64,000 bases of DNA. It comes from a virus. The notes below the pieces were generated by a model. That model ran no database searches and was not told the DNA's origin. It worked only from the letters and a program-made list of their open reading frames with translations. This document shows, one piece after another, positions 20,270 through 29,996 of the stretch. Both the position numbers and the translations under genes were made by a program. The stretch's first letter is position 1. The number at the start of each line of letters is the position of its first letter. The stretch covers positions 16,113 to 80,112 of IMG/VR virus record IMGVR_UViG_3300033149_004458. The stretch is one strand, 5' to 3'.

Positions 20270-21196
20270 TTAGTCTGTACCAGCAAGAGCTGTGCAGTCA
20301 ATCACGTAAATACCGATGGCCTTATCAATAATCATACCAAACTGCTGGTATAATTCAAGATACCAATCTGGCGGTGTGGGAGCCATGTCTTCCCATTGCT
20401 TCCATTTTGCATCACCGTAGGTGATGAATTCTCCAACATGATTGCCCAAAACCACAACATAGCGGTTCGAGATCATTGGAGTGTAAGTCACCTGGTCTGA
20501 CCAGACCTGGTCAATGGCAACAATATTGGCTCCATACCAGCTACCAAGCCAGCCAGTGCGGTAAATTTCGCGGATTGCGTCCTCATTTCCCCAGGCATTG
20601 TTGTTTACTGGGTCAACGTGGAACCCGCCAAACTGAGTGATTGGTGCCAAGCTTCGTCGTGTACCAACAACAGCGCGTACACCCCCAGGAATACGATAGT
20701 TGATCTCATTAATTGCATTGCGTAAAGCGGCCTGAGTTAGATTGGCTACAGCAACGTAGTTATTTGGTGTGTTGACAGCGGTCCAAATATTTGCCAAAGC
20801 AGTGAACACACGCCCAACGTAAAAATCTGTCAGGGTGGCCTGCATTTCAGCACGAATACTTTCAACCGTACCAAGCTCGCCAGATTCAAGCTCCCAAAGG
20901 TTGGCTCGAACCTTTACGTCTGCTCCATCAAGCATATAGTTAATACGGTCAGCAACCGTGATCTCACTTGCTAGATGAACAGAGCCAGGAACCAAAGTTC
21001 TCACATCAATTCCTGTACGCACCTTCTTGACTAAAGCGTCGCCAGGTTTTAATGCGCGGGTATCTAAAAAGAGCCCCACGATGTTTTCTGTGATATGCCC
21101 AGGATCAATATACTCAACAATTAACGAGGCCAGGGCTTCGCGTTGTGACTTGTCCTTAGCTAGTGCAGCATAAGCAGTTTTAAATTTTTCGTCCAC
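20270..21196 (-). CDS. Major capsid protein (HK97 fold)
   Basis: 308 aa following portal, protease and decoration genes; GWLGSWYGANIV motif; strong GAGGAGG RBS; downstream hairpin. Confidence 0.8.
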   Translation of the reverse strand: MDEKFKTAYAALAKDKSQREALASLIVEYIDPGHITENIVGLFLDTRALKPGDALVKKVRTGIDVRTLVPGSVHLASEITVADRINYMLDGADVKVRANLWELESGELGTVESIRAEMQATLTDFYVGRVFTALANIWTAVNTPNNYVAVANLTQAALRNAINEINYRIPGGVRAVVGTRRSLAPITQFGGFHVDPVNNNAWGNEDAIREIYRTGWLGSWYGANIVAIDQVWSDQVTYTPMISNRYVVVLGNHVGEFITYGDAKWKQWEDMAPTPPDWYLELYQQFGMIIDKAIGIYVIDCTALAGTD

Positions 21197-21209
21197 GAAG
21201 GCACCTCCT

Positions 21210-21794
21210 CTATCCCGGTAGTCTCAGCGTTCTAAATGTCAGAGCGAATGTCGAAGTATTGAAACGCTCTGTAATAGCGACGCGAGTAGTACCACTAGCC
21301 ATAACTGCTAACATGCCAGCAAATGCGGCCCCATCAGTTGCGGCATCACAAGCACGCAAACGGCAACCAGGAACCTGAATCGCTGGACTATAGACATATT
21401 GCCCAGACGGAACAGTAAAGACACCACCACCAAAAGCTAGTGCCTGGGACCCACTGGGGATTACCACGCTCTCTTGGTAACCAGGATACGTTAGATATAC
21501 TGTTCCTGTGAATGGCGCGTTTCCAGTCTGGTCAAACCCATGGCGCAGAGCGTATGAATATGAGGGATAGTTAATCAGAGGTGGCTCTCTGCGATCATTC
21601 TGCCAAGTAAGAACAAACATGGCTTCCGCGGCCTCAGCTGGTGTGTCGGGCAATTTTACGCCAGGAAGATCAGTTAGGCGGCCAGTCAAATCGCTGGGGT
21701 ACCCAGGATTAGAGGTAAATAATACCATACGGCCCTCTGTGATGTCTTCTGTTACAACAACACCTGTTACATCCGTGTTCTTGTTGATTTCCAT
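21210..21794 (-). CDS. Capsid decoration/cement protein
   Basis: 194 aa, Gly/Pro/Ala-rich, between the scaffold and capsid genes. Confidence 0.55.
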   Translation of the reverse strand: MEINKNTDVTGVVVTEDITEGRMVLFTSNPGYPSDLTGRLTDLPGVKLPDTPAEAAEAMFVLTWQNDRREPPLINYPSYSYALRHGFDQTGNAPFTGTVYLTYPGYQESVVIPSGSQALAFGGGVFTVPSGQYVYSPAIQVPGCRLRACDAATDGAAFAGMLAVMASGTTRVAITERFNTSTFALTFRTLRLPG

Positions 21795-21801
21795 TTAATT
21801 T

Positions 21802-22734
21802 TTACTCCCGTCTTAATTCTTTCAGACCCTGGCGAACGATTTCCACAATGTCGTTCTCGCTAGGATCATCTCCGTGTACATCTGGTACATGGACCGAAGC
21901 AGCAGAACTTTTAACCTTTTTCATTGCTTCTAGCATTAACTCAAAAGTATTATCGTCCATTGCAGCCCATGCGTCTTGCTTCTCCTGGATTTCTTCCAGA
22001 GAAAACTCAAAACCAGCGGCTTTTAAAGCCTCTACACGTTCAGCGAGTTTGCTGGCCTTTGCGTCGGCTTCTTCTCGCTCTTTCTTATACTTACGTAGTG
22101 TGGCGACTTCTTCCTCTAAAGTAGCCAATGTTTCCTTTAGCTTTGCCAACTCCTTTTCTGCCGGAGATTCAGTTTCCCCAGATGAGTCCTCTGTGGTTAC
22201 TTCTTCTTGTGCAGTATTCTCATCATCAACTGTAGAGGCCACGGAGAGAACTGGTGTCCGATCTCCATATGCCGGTTTGCTGACAATAGCAGCTCCAACC
22301 AACACGGGGTCAGAAAGCCATTCCACACCATCATCATCAATAGTTGATTTTGAATAAAGAATTTCCCAAGAGATATTAATAGGCTCATCACTAGAGTGTT
22401 TTTCGACAAGCATTTTGTATTCGTCTGGTTTGTCAGCTTTCCAAATTGCCGCCTTGCCTAAAATTTTATCCTCTTCTGGGGTTAGTTTGGCAATAGTGCC
22501 AAGAGGCTTGGCGTTATCGTGGTCTTTACTGATCTCGCCTTCACCGATCTTGAGTGGCATAAATAACCCAGAATCTACCAACGCAGCAAAAGCAGAACGT
22601 GGAACACCCTGCTTATTCTCGTTTGGCTTGTCATCTGTTAATATAAATTCTAACCACCCAAGGTTGGGATGCCCCTCGGAGGCATTAGCCTGGACAAACT
22701 GTGCGGAAGAAGTTAGCCTTAACTTTTTGTCCAT
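21802..22734 (-). CDS. Prohead protease/scaffold fusion
   Basis: N-terminal protease-like domain (H..A.PLG, ISWEI, GAAIVSKPAY) plus an acidic coiled-coil C-terminus. Confidence 0.75.
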   Translation of the reverse strand: MDKKLRLTSSAQFVQANASEGHPNLGWLEFILTDDKPNENKQGVPRSAFAALVDSGLFMPLKIGEGEISKDHDNAKPLGTIAKLTPEEDKILGKAAIWKADKPDEYKMLVEKHSSDEPINISWEILYSKSTIDDDGVEWLSDPVLVGAAIVSKPAYGDRTPVLSVASTVDDENTAQEEVTTEDSSGETESPAEKELAKLKETLATLEEEVATLRKYKKEREEADAKASKLAERVEALKAAGFEFSLEEIQEKQDAWAAMDDNTFELMLEAMKKVKSSAASVHVPDVHGDDPSENDIVEIVRQGLKELRRE

Positions 22735-22740
22735 TTATTG

Positions 22741-24198
22741 TTACTCCATATTTTGTTTATCTGGTTGGGGGCTGAAGGGTACCGGAGCAAAGTCTGGAAG
22801 GCCTAGTTCCTTCATTTTCTTCTGTTCCTTAGCACGTCGTTCCATTTCGACATTGAAGTCAAAATCAGCGATTTCCCCAAGCCCGGTCTTAGAAATAACT
22901 CCACGGTCATGTAATTCCACACCAATACTCAATAGGTCTGCAAGCTTTTGCAGCCTGATTGGAGGATAATATGGTTCTGGTACTCCCTTGAAATTATTTC
23001 GTTTCTGTATTTCCTTATAAAGGTGCCTCACAAAAGATAGCAAATCTTCCCGCATAGAGTCAATTGAACAACTCGACGGCAACATAGCTACCTCTGATGT
23101 TCCAGCACCACTTCTAAGGTTCTCTCCTACCAAGACAAGCCTTGGTAAGCCAAGAGCAACAAGTATATCCTCATTGATTGAGCGGTACTTACCCTCGTCC
23201 AAAAGAGCCTTAGTGTCTGGCATTATCCAATCAATTTGTAAAGTATGATTACTGAACAATTGAAAGACTCTTTCAACGTTGTTGGGCAAACCCCTCCAAT
23301 ACATTTGTTCTCTTAATTCAGTTATTTGGTCGGCATCATCCTCTGTAAGAGGATATTCGTCATTTCCTAATCTAAACAACTGAATGGCCTGAATAACTCG
23401 TGCAGCGATAGAGTAATCCATTTTTCTTAAATTGCGTTTGTGCATAAAAAGCTCAAGAGCTGGTAACAAATACGGCGTCGGCCACACGTTACCACTTCTT
23501 GGCTTTCTTCGCACGACAAACGGATCAGGAAGTTTGAAGAAAGTATCTCCATTTTTTACAGCACGTACAAAATCTGGGTAATTTTCAACTAATAGCTCAT
23601 AAGTTTCTTTATCTTGTGACCCATCTTTAAATTTACCATTGTTCATAATGAAATAGCGATCTTCGTCTGATACCTTTACAAATACTACTAATCGGTTAGG
23701 TAAAGGTGTTTTCTTTATGTCTAATGAGTTCGGGTCTCTAACCCAGATATCTACAGGCAATAAAACACTACCGCGACGCCGTTGCTCTATACTACTAAGT
23801 CTAATTCTGTCCCACGTAACTTCTGGTATAACAAGCCCAGACAATAGATACTCCAAGGATGCCTCATTGAGAAACCTAGAAATTCTTTCATTTAATGATT
23901 TATAGACGACAAATTCCCTATCCGTACAGCTCCCTTGATTGATCTTGTAGCCATTGTTTGCAATTTCCACTTGTTTATTAATTGTGGAGTGGGCTAAACC
24001 CTCATGTGTATAGAAAAACCTACAAAGGCTGACAATTGCATGATAATCGGTTGGGACAACCATTTTATCTATTGCAGAACGCCCTTTGCCCAGGCTCCAA
24101 AGGGCTCCATCAGTGTCTACTTCTGTTGGAAAACTATAAGCAGCCTTTGCCAGGCGAAACACTTGCGTCTCTCCACCAATTACTATTTCTTCCGGCAT
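22741..24198 (-). CDS. Portal protein
   Basis: 485 aa between terminase and protease; EYLLSGLV and KYRSINEDILVALGLP segments. Confidence 0.8.
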   Translation of the reverse strand: MPEEIVIGGETQVFRLAKAAYSFPTEVDTDGALWSLGKGRSAIDKMVVPTDYHAIVSLCRFFYTHEGLAHSTINKQVEIANNGYKINQGSCTDREFVVYKSLNERISRFLNEASLEYLLSGLVIPEVTWDRIRLSSIEQRRRGSVLLPVDIWVRDPNSLDIKKTPLPNRLVVFVKVSDEDRYFIMNNGKFKDGSQDKETYELLVENYPDFVRAVKNGDTFFKLPDPFVVRRKPRSGNVWPTPYLLPALELFMHKRNLRKMDYSIAARVIQAIQLFRLGNDEYPLTEDDADQITELREQMYWRGLPNNVERVFQLFSNHTLQIDWIMPDTKALLDEGKYRSINEDILVALGLPRLVLVGENLRSGAGTSEVAMLPSSCSIDSMREDLLSFVRHLYKEIQKRNNFKGVPEPYYPPIRLQKLADLLSIGVELHDRGVISKTGLGEIADFDFNVEMERRAKEQKKMKELGLPDFAPVPFSPQPDKQNME

Positions 24199-24202
24199 TT
24201 AT

Positions 24203-25756
24203 TTACCCCCATCTTGGCCTATACAATCCTTTGTGTTTTCGCCAAGAATAATCTTCAAATTCTTCAGTCATATAATGACCCACTATAAAGCAGAGTAGCG
24301 CAGCGAGGTTATGATCTTCTCCGTGTCTTGTCCCCCCGCGTAAAGTAAGAGTCTTAAAAACTAATTCGCCACTAGGAGTCTTTGAATAAGTAGTTCTCTC
24401 TAACTCACCGATAACCGCCTCATCCAAAGAAGTAAACTGTATCTCATGGTTATTGACTTTGGTTTGCAAAAGCTGCATAGCAAACTCTTTTGCTCTTACT
24501 TCGACACGATCACCCGCTTCATCCATTCCGACAGGAAGCATAGAACGGAATTGGACAGGTACTATTCTATCCTTATAGTTTTTATACTTAAACTTTTGGT
24601 CGCCCAAGAGGTGTTGAACGACCGCCTTGCCAGAACTCCCTTCATCTATCCCCAATACCTGTGGATTATAAAAAGAATCCAGCCTATCTATAATAACTTC
24701 TTGCAGTGGGTACTCTACATGCCTCAGTGTAATCCTTGCAAGATACCGCCACAAACGAGCAACTCTATAAAGAACAAAGATCACAGTGGGGTCAGTATAA
24801 CCAAGGTCAATCCCGAATTCTACCATATTTACATCTTTTTCCATTTGTGGGAGTGCGTTGTAAAATCTGGTAAGATAGGTCTTGTCCTCCTTTATCTTCG
24901 TTCCAGAGAGAGTGGCCCTGAAAACACTGTATTTACCAATAAGCATCCTTGCGCGGTCGAATAAAGCATAAGAAGGAGCGCCATGTTCTCCAAGAACCAG
25001 GTGAACGTAATCCTCACCCTCAACACCACCATATTGTCTCCTATTTCTTTTTTCATCAGCATCGGTGTATCTTGGGTTCATGTGCTGAGAAACTCGATGT
25101 TTTGTATACCCAGTCTCCCTTTGGTCTACTTGGTAGAGAACGTTTTTCTCTCTCATGCCGGTCGGCACACCAGAAACTATTAGTTGAAATCCTTCTTCCC
25201 AAGTGTTAAGGCATGGTTGAAGCTCTAGCCAGGTTCCCCAAGGGTATAAAGCGGCCTCGTCAACGATTATAATTGGAGAATGAAGCCCAACCACATTTGC
25301 TCCAGTCCCAGATTGTCCAGCTATTCTACAATCTATTACTGCTGAATTGTAAAGAATTATTCGGTATGACTGAGAATTAATTCCAGTTCTTCCAATGAAA
25401 CTACTCAAGAAGGGGTTCGTTCTAAACCAACGAGACATTCTTAAGAATACTGGTTCTAAGTGTACCTTATTAGGAACAGTGTAAACTAGAGGGTCATTCC
25501 AAAATTTATTAATTGAATACCATACCAATTTATCAATAATAGAAACGGTTTTTCCTATGCTTCGTCCACAACAAATAGAAACATAAGGGTTGAAATCGCA
25601 GAGAAACTCTTTCTGGTAGCTTGTGTATTCCCACTGTTCTTCTTTGGGCAAATCATCGTTGTCCAAAGCACGAATAAACTCACCAAACCAAAGCGGGTGA
25701 CGGATAACTTCCAGTAAAGCCAGCTCTTCTTCATCGAGTCTTTTTACTATCGCCAT
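24203..25756 (-). CDS. terL: Terminase large subunit
   Basis: Walker A CGRSIGKT, Walker B IIVDEAA, nuclease motif FGIDLGY.D.T and C-terminal EDHNLAAL. Confidence 0.92.
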   Translation of the reverse strand: MAIVKRLDEEELALLEVIRHPLWFGEFIRALDNDDLPKEEQWEYTSYQKEFLCDFNPYVSICCGRSIGKTVSIIDKLVWYSINKFWNDPLVYTVPNKVHLEPVFLRMSRWFRTNPFLSSFIGRTGINSQSYRIILYNSAVIDCRIAGQSGTGANVVGLHSPIIIVDEAALYPWGTWLELQPCLNTWEEGFQLIVSGVPTGMREKNVLYQVDQRETGYTKHRVSQHMNPRYTDADEKRNRRQYGGVEGEDYVHLVLGEHGAPSYALFDRARMLIGKYSVFRATLSGTKIKEDKTYLTRFYNALPQMEKDVNMVEFGIDLGYTDPTVIFVLYRVARLWRYLARITLRHVEYPLQEVIIDRLDSFYNPQVLGIDEGSSGKAVVQHLLGDQKFKYKNYKDRIVPVQFRSMLPVGMDEAGDRVEVRAKEFAMQLLQTKVNNHEIQFTSLDEAVIGELERTTYSKTPSGELVFKTLTLRGGTRHGEDHNLAALLCFIVGHYMTEEFEDYSWRKHKGLYRPRWG

Positions 25757-25757
25757 A

Positions 25758-26387
25758 CTACAATGGTGGCCCTATTTCTATATTTTTGCCTGACTTTAAC
25801 TCTGAGCTAGAAACGGTGAAAACCTTCCTACAACGCTTCCTGCCACAAGATAAAGTAATTTTGTTGTCCTGTTCTGGGTAGAGAAACCACACCTTAGCAA
25901 TCAACATTCCACACTTTGGGCAATAAATTTCTGCTAAGCGGTCAGCAAGAAAATGTTTTGCTCGCTTTTTCAAATCTGTTAAAAGCTCATGAACGGATTC
26001 CCCGCTCTGCTCTTTTCTAGCCTTTCTTGTAATATTTAAGTCGCCCTGAATAGTAGAAGCAGTTGCGCGTAGTCGCGCTGCCATACGGTCTATTTTCTCC
26101 AATGCGGTCAGGTCTGGTTCATCATCGTTTAAAATATCTTGTTGTCTCTCCGAAAGCTGGTCTAGCATTACTGAGATTTTGGCAAGCTCACGCAACGACA
26201 GCATGTCATTTGCTGTCATATCAGAGAGATCATAGTCTGTCTCAAATGATTTTAAGACCTTTGCTATTCTACCTTCCAGGCCACCACTTCTTACATTATC
26301 TACGACTTTTTCTAGTTCCTCTTCTGAAAGTCCTCGATATTGTGGTAAATTAGCAAGCTGCTTCGCCGTCATTCTTTTCTTAGCCAT
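25758..26387 (-). CDS. Putative terminase small subunit
   Basis: Directly upstream of terL; helical with a C-terminal CPKC...C...C motif. Start reassigned to MAKKRMTAKQL because the longer ORF overlaps a separate zinc-ribbon ORF. Confidence 0.55.
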   Translation of the reverse strand: MAKKRMTAKQLANLPQYRGLSEEELEKVVDNVRSGGLEGRIAKVLKSFETDYDLSDMTANDMLSLRELAKISVMLDQLSERQQDILNDDEPDLTALEKIDRMAARLRATASTIQGDLNITRKARKEQSGESVHELLTDLKKRAKHFLADRLAEIYCPKCGMLIAKVWFLYPEQDNKITLSCGRKRCRKVFTVSSSELKSGKNIEIGPPL

Positions 26388-26496
26388 AATCACACTTGCT
26401 CCAACCACAAGACATACATAAACTGCACCTTCCTGTTCGGTATAGAGTTTCTCCACAGATAGGACAGGTTTCATCTACACTTAACTCTTTGTCCAT
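26380..26496 (-). CDS. Small zinc-ribbon protein resembling the C-terminal Cys module of class II RNR
   Basis: Manual translation MDKELSVDETCPICGETLYRTGRCSLCMSCGWSKCDYG (38 aa) with a GAGGAGG RBS 8 nt upstream; below the ORF-track cutoff. Confidence 0.7.
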   Translation of the reverse strand: MDKELSVDETCPICGETLYRTGRCSLCMSCGWSKCDYG

Positions 26497-26550
26497 TGGT
26501 GGTTCCTCCTCATGTGGTTCATATGTTATAATGGGTTCGCTATCCATAAT

Positions 26551-26802
26551 CTACAAATCATCTCCTAGAGGAACAGTGAAAATTCTATGCCTGGCACGCT
26601 TATTTCTTTGCTCTATAGTTACCAGAGCTTTGACCCAGGCCGGCCAATCTCTATAGTCCACACCAACCAGACCATATTTTTCTTCGCATTGTCTACACAC
26701 CCAAAACTGGGGTGTTATTGGTTTATCGCAAATAACACATCTGTTCATTGGCATCTTCTGAGAAAAGTTAATCTTAATGATAGAGAACGTCTTTGGCAAC
26801 AA
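26551..26802 (-). CDS. Hypothetical zinc-binding protein
   Basis: CVIC...CRQC motif; start uncertain. Confidence 0.5.
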   Translation of the reverse strand: MLPKTFSIIKINFSQKMPMNRCVICDKPITPQFWVCRQCEEKYGLVGVDYRDWPAWVKALVTIEQRNKRARHRIFTVPLGDDL

Positions 26803-27093
26803 GGTAAAGCCAAACGATTAGCATAAAAGCCACACTAAGTACAACTCTAAGTGAAACACTAGCAACTTTAACACAACTAAGTAAAATGTAAACAAGAGCC
26901 CCACAAAGAATGGCTATAAAACATCTTGCAAATGTTGCTATAACTTCTGCATCCATTTTTCTTCTCCCTATGGAATATCATAAAAAATCCAGTATAGCCC
27001 CGCCGCAAGAGCGATTATCCCAATAATAAGTAGGAAAACAGTGATTCCGCTCGGACACTTTTGCATCTTGTGCTCCTTTTCATCTTAATGTTA

Positions 27094-27303
27094 CTAATCG
27101 TGGGCATACCACAGCACTTCTCTAATACGCCAGAGCTCTTCTAACAGATCAAGCAAATCGGACGAATCATTTATAACTTTCCTGGCGATTTCTGTAGTAG
27201 ACATTCCAGCTTGATTGTTTAGGTAATCTCTCATTTTATCTAAGACCGACCGCATGTCACGTAGAATTCGCTCTTCACTATTCATAGTGTTGTTTCCTCT
27301 CAA
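27094..27303 (-). CDS. Hypothetical protein
   Basis: Co-oriented small ORF; probable start at MNSEE with a GAGG RBS. Confidence 0.45.
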   Translation of the reverse strand: MRGNNTMNSEERILRDMRSVLDKMRDYLNNQAGMSTTEIARKVINDSSDLLDLLEELWRIREVLWYAHD

Positions 27304-27866
27304 TAAGATGTTGCAGCTTCAGCTGCTTCAAGAAAGTTAACTGGCTTGAAATCCCAACAGTCTACCCCAACATCACATGAGTTTATTAGCTTCCTGAGCT
27401 TTCCGTGGCTATGCCCATAGAAGTGTAATGCTCCATAGTGAGATTTATCCCAAACGCGCATAGCATAATGACAGAGGACCACGGGTAATTTGGGAAGCAG
27501 TCCAGAAATAGAAACCATCCGTGGGAGTATCTCTATTTTCCCAGAGGTTGCCCAACCGGGGCTCAGCCGCTGAATCCATCTATAGTCGTGGCTCCCTGGG
27601 ACAACTTTTATATTCCCATTGAGCCTGCCCAAATATTGATTAACCCTCTCTAATAGAGAGAAATCCCCTAAATATAAAACTAGGTCGTTCTGTTTAACCA
27701 GAGCGTTCCAGTTAGAGATCAGTTTTTCATCCATTTCCTCTACTGAACTAAAGGGTCTGTTGCAGAATCTTATTATATTGGCATGTCCAAAGTGATGGTC
27801 TGCCGAAAGCCAGATGTTCTTATAATTAACACCTGTAAATTTTATGGTCCTCTTGTAATCCATCAA
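27300..27866 (-). CDS. Calcineurin-like metallophosphoesterase
   Basis: SADHHFGH, LGDF, PGSHD, LCHY, YGHSHG and DVGVD motifs. Confidence 0.88.
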   Translation of the reverse strand: MMDYKRTIKFTGVNYKNIWLSADHHFGHANIIRFCNRPFSSVEEMDEKLISNWNALVKQNDLVLYLGDFSLLERVNQYLGRLNGNIKVVPGSHDYRWIQRLSPGWATSGKIEILPRMVSISGLLPKLPVVLCHYAMRVWDKSHYGALHFYGHSHGKLRKLINSCDVGVDCWDFKPVNFLEAAEAATSY

Positions 27867-27971
27867 TGCTCTTCCTGACTTTATTATAGGTAAATACTAA
27901 AAGTAGTCCAACTAAAATAAAAGCAACAAATAAAGCAATAAGGGCAATATAGTCAAACTGAATGATTAAAG

Positions 27972-28196
27972 CTAACATAATTTATCTTGTTCCCTCGCTA
28001 TATTACTTTGCGCAAGCAAATTTAACATTTCGCGCAACTGCTGAATGAGAGTATAAACATCTCCAGCTTTTAAAGTAACAAACCTTTCAATTTTGCCGGT
28101 TTCTTCACCTATTATGAAACTAATAAATCCAAGTGCGTCGGTATCCACAGTAAGTTTGTTACCATATATTCCACTATATATTATTTTTGACATCAT
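27972..28196 (-). CDS. Hypothetical protein
   Basis: 74-aa ORF coupled to the stop of the ligase gene. Confidence 0.5.
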   Translation of the reverse strand: MMSKIIYSGIYGNKLTVDTDALGFISFIIGEETGKIERFVTLKAGDVYTLIQQLREMLNLLAQSNIAREQDKLC

Positions 28197-29095
28197 TATC
28201 TCCCATCAAAGATTTCCGGTAGAAGTCGCTTTACCTCCTCGATGGTACTAGAATAAAAGAAGCGAAAATTTATTGTTACGTTTCCATACGATTTCAAAAT
28301 ATTCCACATCTCTTCAGTGATAATCTCGTGCCAAACACGACCAAACAGCTCTGGGATTCGCTTACGTGAGAATGGGCCGGTTTCTCTCATTTTAGCTAAA
28401 ACCTTGTTTAGTCTTGCCTCTGTAACAAATTCCTGAGCTAGTTTGTGTTCAAGGGGGGACATTTGTGCCCGTGGCAGGCCAAAATTATTAATATGCTTCT
28501 CTCTAAACTCATTTCTCACAAGCTTCGCCCAGACTGTTCTACCATAGTTATTTTTAAAACCATATCTCTTTACAACAATTCCCTCTCCACTACCTTTGCC
28601 ATCCTCAATCAGAAAAGTATTAGAACTCAGCAACTTGACAAGATGTTCTTCTGTTGGGTTATCAACAATCTCTATTGGCGGAATAAAATCAACTCCGTAT
28701 TCTTGTAAGGCTTCTATGTATTCATAATATGGGAGATATTCTTCTCTAGCATCATCAAAGACATCAAAAACATAAAAATGTTTCCATGCATCTTCTCTAT
28801 ACGTTTTAAGAGTATGCGGAACCAACCATTCTCCATATAGTCTCCAAGAAGGCTTATCAGAGAATAACGCGAGAAGCCGTTTTTCCATTGGCGAAGATAA
28901 AACAAAGTCTAAAAATCCTGCGTTATCTTTCTCTAGTGTCAGCTCCCGTTTTCTACTTCCTGCATGTAGCTTCCCATTATACCAAACTGAGGCATTGGTG
29001 CCATCTATTTTAGGGAATATATAGCATGTTCCAACATTTATTCCTGCAACCTCATCAAGACCAAATCGCTCAATGTGCATATATGGCTTAAACAT
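28196..29095 (-). CDS. ATP-dependent RNA ligase (Rnl2-like)
   Basis: Nucleotidyltransferase motifs PKIDGTN, GSRKR, LYGEW, FYVFDV, GEGIVVK and WAKLV, plus an Rnl2-like C-domain (FVTEARLNKVLAK). Confidence 0.82.
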   Translation of the reverse strand: MFKPYMHIERFGLDEVAGINVGTCYIFPKIDGTNASVWYNGKLHAGSRKRELTLEKDNAGFLDFVLSSPMEKRLLALFSDKPSWRLYGEWLVPHTLKTYREDAWKHFYVFDVFDDAREEYLPYYEYIEALQEYGVDFIPPIEIVDNPTEEHLVKLLSSNTFLIEDGKGSGEGIVVKRYGFKNNYGRTVWAKLVRNEFREKHINNFGLPRAQMSPLEHKLAQEFVTEARLNKVLAKMRETGPFSRKRIPELFGRVWHEIITEEMWNILKSYGNVTINFRFFYSSTIEEVKRLLPEIFDGR

Positions 29096-29127
29096 TATCC
29101 TTGCCTCATTTCTAGAGTAAGCATATC

Positions 29128-29421
29128 TCAGTATGGGTATCTTTTCTGTTCTTTCTCAGCAATTTCATCTTCTATATCTGTTGCTTGTTCTCCTAGAATC
29201 TCATGTCTAAGCCTGATAAAAGCTCTCTCTGGAACAGTGTGCCCACGCTTAAGATGTTCCTGAAGATGCTCATACGCTTCCTCTAAAGACGTAAAGACAG
29301 AATTCCATGTTTTTCCTTGGCGCTGGTCTTCTATAAGAATAAGACACATCTGACAGACAATAGTGCCGTCGACACTGGGATACATATAAACATCCCCCTC
29401 GCTAAATCTACAGTATGACAT
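29128..29421 (-). CDS. Hypothetical phage protein (MSYCRFS...DVY.Y type)
   Basis: 97 aa, GAGGAG RBS, downstream of a consensus promoter; C..C and H...H...GH residues. Confidence 0.6.
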   Translation of the reverse strand: MSYCRFSEGDVYMYPSVDGTIVCQMCLILIEDQRQGKTWNSVFTSLEEAYEHLQEHLKRGHTVPERAFIRLRHEILGEQATDIEDEIAEKEQKRYPY

Positions 29422-29485
29422 ATTGCTCCTCTCTTGTTTAATGATAAAATTCTTGGTGCCTGTATTTCTCTCCTAATCTATTTCC

Positions 29486-29514
29486 ATTATAGCAAATGGT
29501 AAGATTTTTGTCAA
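29486..29514 (-). promoter_or_regulatory. Sigma70-type promoter (perfect consensus, extended -10)
   Basis: TTGACA-17 nt-TATAAT with TG at -15/-14. Confidence 0.85.
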
Positions 29515-29581
29515 GTTAGTTCAACCATAAGATTTCTTCGTTGTTATTAGTCAGTGAGAAGTTATCCTTTTGTCTTTCGAC

Positions 29582-29779
29582 TCATTTCAGTTCACGCTCC
29601 ACCTGTTCTGAGGATAGCTTTGGAAGAGTGTCGCACAATGTATCAGGAACACACGGTGTTGTCTTTAGCCCTCCCCGCTCGCTATGTTCAAGCCTATATG
29701 ATATCCAGCATCCTGTGGCAACCGCGATCAAGACAGCTCCTAGTATCAATATTCCTATCCAGGCAGAAATCATTTCCAT
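29582..29779 (-). CDS. Small membrane protein
   Basis: N-terminal hydrophobic helix, AAGGAG RBS and its own promoter. Confidence 0.5.
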   Translation of the reverse strand: MEMISAWIGILILGAVLIAVATGCWISYRLEHSERGGLKTTPCVPDTLCDTLPKLSSEQVERELK

Positions 29780-29811
29780 TCTTTCTAAACTCCTTTCCTT
29801 GAATCATTTTC

Positions 29812-29840
29812 ATTTTATCATGTGATGAAATTTTTGTCAA
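29812..29840 (-). promoter_or_regulatory. Sigma70-type promoter
   Basis: TTGACA-17 nt-TAAAAT with extended -10 TG. Confidence 0.75.
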
Positions 29841-29873
29841 GCCAAACCAACCGTTTTTCTTTATTGCTACAGA

Positions 29874-29945
29874 CGAGAGAGCCAGGGATCGAACCTAGAT
29901 CTCTGATTTTGGAGACCAGTATTTTGCCGATTAAACTACTCTCTC
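29874..29945 (-). tRNA. tRNA-Trp (CCA anticodon), 3' CCA not encoded
   Basis: GAGAGAG/CTCTCTC acceptor stem, D-arm GTTTAATCGGCAAAAT, anticodon arm CTGGT-CTCCAAA-ATCAG, T-arm CTAGG-TTCGATC-CCTGG, discriminator G. Confidence 0.92.
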
Positions 29946-29996
29946 TTAGTCTAATACGAAGGGGCAATACTCATAAGTCCTGCTCACCCATGTCAG

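Noticed and set aside
814-25209. Numerous plus-strand ORFs opposite the virion genes
   Set aside because: Antisense shadows of long minus-strand genes, with no recognisable motifs or evident RBS.
26388-26474. N-terminal extension of the 238-aa ORF
   Set aside because: It overlaps, in another frame, the zinc-ribbon micro-ORF, which has a much better RBS and a recognisable motif.
29874-29945. Possible suppressor tRNA or alternative genetic code
   Set aside because: The anticodon is CCA (Trp), and the long conserved genes are intact under the standard bacterial code, using all three stop codons.
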